This document shows, one piece after another, positions 59,248-64,000 of a stretch of DNA of 64,000 nt. Origin of the DNA: Erythrobacter sp. (GTDB lineage Bacteria; Pseudomonadota; Alphaproteobacteria; Sphingomonadales; Sphingomonadaceae); assembly GCF_024305245.1 (NCBI RefSeq), contig NZ_JAMWYX010000004.1, forward strand, positions 192,616 through 256,615, in the 5' to 3' direction. The translations under genes were made by a program, and so were the position numbers. Every line of letters begins with the position of its first letter. Positions within the stretch are counted from its first letter, which is position 1. The notes beneath the pieces are model-generated. The model searched no databases, was not told where the DNA came from, and saw only the letters and a program-made list of their open reading frames with translations.

Positions 59248-61068
59248 ATGCTGATGCAGACCCATGAAGCCCGTCTTGCCGCCCTGCGTGAAGAGTTGAA
59301 GCGGCGCGGCGTCGATGGCTTCATCATCCCGATCAGCGATGAACATATGAGCGAATATGTCGGCGATTATGCCCAGCGACTGGGCTGGCTGACGGGGTTC
59401 GGCGGATCGGCCGGGTTCGCAGCGGTGACGACCACTCACGCTGCGATCTTCGTCGATGGACGTTATACCGTGCAGGTGCGCGATCAGGTCGATGGCAAGC
59501 TGTTCGATTACAAGAGCGTTCCCGCCGAAAGCCTTGGCGGGTGGCTGGCCGAGGTGTGCGAAGACGGCGCAACCATTGCCTATGATCCCTGGCTGCACAC
59601 CTGGGGCTGGGTCGAGGCGCTGGAAAAGCAGGTCAATCCCAAGGGCATCACGCTGGTGCCTGCGGACAGCAATCCGATCGACGCCGTGTGGGCTGATCGG
59701 CCTGCAGCCTCGCCCGCGCAGGCGATCGTGCATGATGATGCGCTGGCAGGGCAATCCTCGGCCGAAAAGCGCGCAGCGGTGGCCGATTGGCTGGTGAAGG
59801 AAGGCCACGATGCGGTGGTCATCCCGGCGCTGGATTCGGTCGCATGGCTGCTCAACATCCGCGGGGCTGATGTGTCGCATACGCCCGTCGCGCTCAGCTA
59901 TGTGATCGCGCACAAGGACGGCAGCGCCGAATTGTTCATCGCGCCCGAGAAGGTGACGCCCGAACTGACGCGCCATCTCGGCAACGCGGTCAAAATCCGC
60001 GACCGGACAGCATTCGAGCCTGCGCTGACGGGCGAACTGGCAGGTAAAAGCGTCGCGCTCGATCCCGATTTCGCGGTGGTCGGCATTGCGCAGGGCCTGC
60101 GCGCAGGCGGCGCGAAGTTTGCCTTCAAGCAGGACCCGACGATTCTTGCCAAGGCGATCAAGAACCCGGTCGAACAGCAGGGCCACCGCGATGCACAGGC
60201 GCGTGACGGGGCGGCGGTATCGCGGTTCCTGCGCTGGCTGGAAGTGGAAGCGCCCAAGGGCGGTGTCGATGAACTCGCCGCCGCCGCGCAGCTAAAAGCG
60301 TTCCGCGCCGAAGACGCTGGCCTGCGTGACCTCAGCTTCGACACCATCTCGGCTGCCGCCGGCCACGCCGCGCTGCCGCACTACAAGGTGGACGAGGACA
60401 GCAATATCCCGATTCCTCCCGGTTCGATCTATCTGGTCGATTCGGGCGGACAATATCCGGGCGGCACCACCGACATCACCCGCACGGTCTGGGTCGGGAC
60501 GCCGGATGGTTCGGGCGAGCCGACCGCTGAAATGCGCGACCGTTTTACCCGCGTGCTCAAGGGCCACATCCAGATCGACCGTGCCGTGTTCCCGCAAGGC
60601 ACCTGCGGCGGGCAGCTTGACGTGCTGGCGCGGCAATATTTGTGGGAAGCGGGCGTCGATTACGCCCACGGCACCGGCCACGGGGTCGGCAGTTTCCTCG
60701 GCGTGCACGAAGGCCCGCAGCGCATCGCCAAGCCGGGCGGCGGACAGGCCGGCACAGCGCAGGAACTGTTTGCAGGCATGATCCTGTCGAACGAGCCGGG
60801 CTATTACAAGGCCAACGCATTCGGCATCCGGATCGAAAACCTCGTGCTGACCGAAGAACGCCAGATCGACGGCATGGAAGGCCGCTATCTCGGGTTCGAG
60901 ACGCTGACCTTCGTGCCGCTGGATCGCAAGCTGATCGCGCGCGAGCTGCTGACGGCGAGCGAAATCGCGTGGGTGGATGAATACCATGCGAAGGTGCGCG
61001 CGCTGCTCGCTCCGCAGCTTTCAGGCGAGGATCTGGCATGGGTGGAGCGGGAAACGCAGCCGCTCTGA
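59248..61068 (+). CDS. Xaa-Pro aminopeptidase (M24B)
   Basis: DEHMSEY, WLTGFGGSAG, DGRY, DSGGQY..GTTDITR, HGTGHGVG, HEGP, SNEPGYY, GIRIEN. Confidence 0.95.
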   Translation: MLMQTHEARLAALREELKRRGVDGFIIPISDEHMSEYVGDYAQRLGWLTGFGGSAGFAAVTTTHAAIFVDGRYTVQVRDQVDGKLFDYKSVPAESLGGWLAEVCEDGATIAYDPWLHTWGWVEALEKQVNPKGITLVPADSNPIDAVWADRPAASPAQAIVHDDALAGQSSAEKRAAVADWLVKEGHDAVVIPALDSVAWLLNIRGADVSHTPVALSYVIAHKDGSAELFIAPEKVTPELTRHLGNAVKIRDRTAFEPALTGELAGKSVALDPDFAVVGIAQGLRAGGAKFAFKQDPTILAKAIKNPVEQQGHRDAQARDGAAVSRFLRWLEVEAPKGGVDELAAAAQLKAFRAEDAGLRDLSFDTISAAAGHAALPHYKVDEDSNIPIPPGSIYLVDSGGQYPGGTTDITRTVWVGTPDGSGEPTAEMRDRFTRVLKGHIQIDRAVFPQGTCGGQLDVLARQYLWEAGVDYAHGTGHGVGSFLGVHEGPQRIAKPGGGQAGTAQELFAGMILSNEPGYYKANAFGIRIENLVLTEERQIDGMEGRYLGFETLTFVPLDRKLIARELLTASEIAWVDEYHAKVRALLAPQLSGEDLAWVERETQPL

Positions 61069-61090
61069 CCCGGCTTGTCGACACCGCCCT

Positions 61091-61105
61091 GTTCCTGTAA
61101 TGTTC
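61091..61105 (+). promoter_or_regulatory. Alphaproteobacterial LexA (SOS) box
   Basis: Exact GTTC-CTGTAAT-GTTC (GTTC-N7-GTTC), 49 nt upstream of the VOC gene start. Confidence 0.8.
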
Positions 61106-61154
61106 TCACATTGGCGAGTCGCAACTGGCGGTGCGCAGAATGGGAGGAACAGAC

Positions 61155-61541
61155 ATGATCGGTTACGTTACAGTGGGCACCAATGATCTGCCGCGCGCGG
61201 CGGCGTTCTATGATGCGATTGCCGTGCATTTCGGTGTCGGACGGATGATGGACAATGATCAGTTCATCGCCTGGGGCGACATGGCATCGCCCAGCGCCGG
61301 GCTGGCTGCGACCAAGCCGTTCGACGATCAGCCCGCCAGTGTCGGCAATGGCACGATGGTCGCGCTGATGGTGGATAGCCCGGAAAAGGTGGATGCGGTC
61401 TATGCCACCGCGCTTGCCAAGGGCGGCAGCGACGAAGGCGCGCCCGGACCGCGCGGCGATGACGGTTTTTATGCGGGCTATTTCCGCGATCCCGATGGCA
61501 ACAAGCTGAACGTGTTCTGCATGGTCGCGCCGACCGGCTGA
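61155..61541 (+). CDS. VOC/glyoxalase/bleomycin-resistance family protein
   Basis: MIGYVTVGTNDLPRAAAFYD, GNGTMVAL, GAPGPR, YAGYFRDPDGNKL. RBS GGAGG. Confidence 0.92.
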   Translation: MIGYVTVGTNDLPRAAAFYDAIAVHFGVGRMMDNDQFIAWGDMASPSAGLAATKPFDDQPASVGNGTMVALMVDSPEKVDAVYATALAKGGSDEGAPGPRGDDGFYAGYFRDPDGNKLNVFCMVAPTG

Positions 61542-61552
61542 CCGCAGCAGGG

Positions 61553-63139
61553 TCAGCGCATCAGCCCGCCGATCAGGTTGCGCACGAACCGCCCGGCAAT
61601 CGGTCCGGCCAGATCGGTCGCGATCGATCCGACGGCCGAGGTAAGGCCTGAGGCAACCGGATTGGCGCGACTTTTCTTGCCGAGCATTTTCGACGCGGCC
61701 ATTCCTGCCGCGCCGCCAGCGGCAACCTTGACCCCGCGCGAGACTGCCTTGCTCCACAAGCTGGTGCTCTTGCGCGAACGCTTGCCGACTTCCTCTTCGC
61801 CCAGTTCGGCGACTTCCTCGGCGGTGGCGGCGGCATCGGCGGCCTTGGCGGCGAGCACTTCTTCCGCGCTTTCGCGGTCGATCCGGGTGTCGTACTTGCC
61901 ATCGAGCGGGCTGATCGACTGGATGATCGCGCGTTCCTTGGGGCTGACGGGGCCGAGGCGTGACCGCGGCGGCTTGATCAGCGTGCGTTCGACGATGGTC
62001 GGCGCACCGTCCTCGTCCAGTGTCGAAACCAGCGCCTCACCGACCTTCAATTGGGTAATCGCGGCCTCGACATCGAGATCGGGATTGATCCGGAACGTCT
62101 CTGCCGCCGCCTTGATCGCCCGCTGATCGCGCGGGGTGAAAGCACGCAGGGCGTGCTGCACCCGGTTGCCCAATTGGCCAGCGACTTCCTCGGGAATATC
62201 GATCGGGTTCTGGGTGACGAAGAACACCCCGACCCCCTTCGACCGGATCAGCCGCACCACCCGCTCGATCGTGTCCTGCAGCGCCTTGGGGGCATCGTCG
62301 AACAACAGGTGCGCCTCATCGAAGAAGAACACCATTTTCGGTTTTTCGGGATCGCCCACCTCGGGCAGGCTTTCGAACAGTTCGGCCAGCAGCCACAGCA
62401 GGAAGGTCGCGTAAAGCTTGGGACTGCGCATCAGCTTGTCGGCGGCGAGCACGTTCACATAACCGCGTCCCTGATCGTCCAGCTTCAGAAAATCGTCGAT
62501 CTCCAGCGCCGGCTCGCCGAAGAAATTGTCCGCCCCTTGCGATTCGAAGCTGAGCAACTGGCGCTGGATCGCCCCGACCGATGGCTTGGTGACATTGCCG
62601 TACTTGCCGGAAAGCTCCGCCGCGTTCTCGTTCGCCCATTGCAGCATTGCCTGCAGATCGCCGAAATCGAGCAGCAGCAGCCCATTTTCGTCCGCGTGGC
62701 GGAAGATGATCTGCAGCACCCCTTCCTGCGTCTCGTTCAGGTCGAGCAGGCGCGATAGCAGCAGCGGCCCCATCTCGGACACGGTGGTGCGGATCGGGTG
62801 GCCCTGTTCGCCGTACAAATCCCAGAAAATCACCGGATTATCGGAATAGGCATAATCGCTCATGCCCAGTTCGGCGGCGCGCGATTCGAGCTTGTCGGCG
62901 TGTTTGAAGGTCGGCGAACCCGGCATGGCGATGCCCGACAGATCGCCCTTCACATCGGCCACGAATACCGGCACCCCGGCGGCGGAAAAGCTTTCGGCAA
63001 GGCCTTGCAGGGTCACGGTCTTGCCGGTTCCGGTCGCGCCCGCAACCAGCCCGTGGCGGTTCGCGCGGCTGAGGCTGAGCGCCTGCCGCGATCCGGCTCC
63101 GCCCAGACCCAGAAAGATATCGGTTGCGCTGTCCGTCAT
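61553..63139 (-). CDS. DUF853/YjgR HerA-FtsK-like ATPase
   Basis: [61 protein letters not shown]. Confidence 0.93.
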   Translation of the reverse strand: MTDSATDIFLGLGGAGSRQALSLSRANRHGLVAGATGTGKTVTLQGLAESFSAAGVPVFVADVKGDLSGIAMPGSPTFKHADKLESRAAELGMSDYAYSDNPVIFWDLYGEQGHPIRTTVSEMGPLLLSRLLDLNETQEGVLQIIFRHADENGLLLLDFGDLQAMLQWANENAAELSGKYGNVTKPSVGAIQRQLLSFESQGADNFFGEPALEIDDFLKLDDQGRGYVNVLAADKLMRSPKLYATFLLWLLAELFESLPEVGDPEKPKMVFFFDEAHLLFDDAPKALQDTIERVVRLIRSKGVGVFFVTQNPIDIPEEVAGQLGNRVQHALRAFTPRDQRAIKAAAETFRINPDLDVEAAITQLKVGEALVSTLDEDGAPTIVERTLIKPPRSRLGPVSPKERAIIQSISPLDGKYDTRIDRESAEEVLAAKAADAAATAEEVAELGEEEVGKRSRKSTSLWSKAVSRGVKVAAGGAAGMAASKMLGKKSRANPVASGLTSAVGSIATDLAGPIAGRFVRNLIGGLMR

Positions 63140-63254
63140 TGCTTGCCCCTGTCGGTTCCCGATCGCCGCGATCGCCCTTTGAGTCGATGTGAAGGGGGCG
63201 GACGCAGCGGTCAAGTTCTCGACTTGCGCGACATTTGCGGTATGGCTGGCGCGC

Positions 63255-64000
63255 ATGGGCCAACCATCACCATTCGTGCTGCTCGACGATGCCCGCGCCG
63301 GGGAAACGGCCGCCGACGCGCTGCTTTACGCGGCGCCGCAATCGCTGTTCGTGGCCACCCGTCCGGACGAAGTCGAGGGCGTGCTCGCCGCGGCAAAGGC
63401 GGCGCGACGGGATAGCGGCGGATCGCTGGCGGGCTATATTTCCTATGAGGCCGGGCTGGCGCTGGAGCCGAAGCTGGCCGCGCTGGCGGGGCCGCGTTCG
63501 GGCGCGGCGGGGCCGCTGGTGTGGCTCGGCCTGTTTGCCGCGCCCCGGCGGATTGCCGCTGGCGATGTGGCGGGCTGGCTGGCCGACCGGGCCGAGGGGG
63601 CTGGTACCATCGGGCCGATGGAGCCGCAGCTGTCGGCCGGCGGGTATGCCGCCGCGTTCGAGCGGCTGCGGGAGGCGATCCACGCGGGCGATATCTATCA
63701 GGCGAACCTCACCTATATGCTGAGCGGTTCGTATCGCGGCGATCCGGTGGGGCTTTACGCGGCGCTGCGTGATGGCAGCCGCGCCGGATATGGCGGGCTG
63801 ATCTTCGATGGATCGCACTGGCTTTTGAGCTTTTCGCCCGAGCTGTTCGTCGCGCTCGACGGGGCCGATGCCAAGGTCAAGCCGATGAAGGGCACGCGGC
63901 CCCGCGCCGCCGATCCGGAGGCGGATCGCGCCATGGCCGAAGACCTTGCCGCCTCGGTCAAGGACCGGGCCGAAAACCTGATGATCGTCGACCTGATGCG
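63255..64000 (+). CDS. pabB: Aminodeoxychorismate synthase component I, 3'-truncated; not in ORF track
   Basis: Hand translation from ATG 63255: [55 protein letters not shown]. Confidence 0.9.
   Translation, partial: MGQPSPFVLLDDARAGETAADALLYAAPQSLFVATRPDEVEGVLAAAKAARRDSGGSLAGYISYEAGLALEPKLAALAGPRSGAAGPLVWLGLFAAPRRIAAGDVAGWLADRAEGAGTIGPMEPQLSAGGYAAAFERLREAIHAGDIYQANLTYMLSGSYRGDPVGLYAALRDGSRAGYGGLIFDGSHWLLSFSPELFVALDGADAKVKPMKGTRPRAADPEADRAMAEDLAASVKDRAENLMIVDLM

Overview
GC-rich chromosomal window from an alphaproteobacterium, probably Erythrobacteraceae/Sphingomonadales (inferred from gene content and intergenic repeat types). It is mostly housekeeping and metabolic: nadB, guaA, gyrB, ivd/mccB, lgt, glnD, yggS, ftsK, pstS, ptrB, an aminopeptidase P and a partial pabB, plus two acyl-CoA ligases, two TonB-dependent receptors and ABC transporters. 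I recognised no tRNA, rRNA, CRISPR array, integrase or transposase. The strongest candidate for an undescribed system is a coupled operon at 50508-53398: outer-membrane beta-barrel, a 7TM protein lacking its usual inactive-transglutaminase domain, and an alpha-L-glutamate-ligase-like ATP-grasp enzyme. It lies between a TonB receptor preceded by five 11-bp Pho-box-like repeats and an orphan pstS with a clear Pho box. Other notable signals: (1) a MidA/NDUFAF7-type methyltransferase fused to about 345 aa of Ala/Glu/Lys/Arg helical repeats; (2) a tandem-PilZ / GAF-GGDEF-EAL / BLUF operon converging on a FixJ-like regulator and a kinase with a Cys-less LOV-like PAS domain; (3) a cluster of C-rich-loop hairpins around a 27-aa peptide ORF upstream of guaA; (4) a 52-aa Cys/His small ORF missed by the ORF track; (5) a low-GC orphan lipoprotein inside the leucine-catabolism cluster; (6) a perfect alphaproteobacterial LexA box in front of a VOC/glyoxalase gene. 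All family assignments come from motif recognition by eye and no database searches were run. Many start codons were re-chosen by hand and are approximate.
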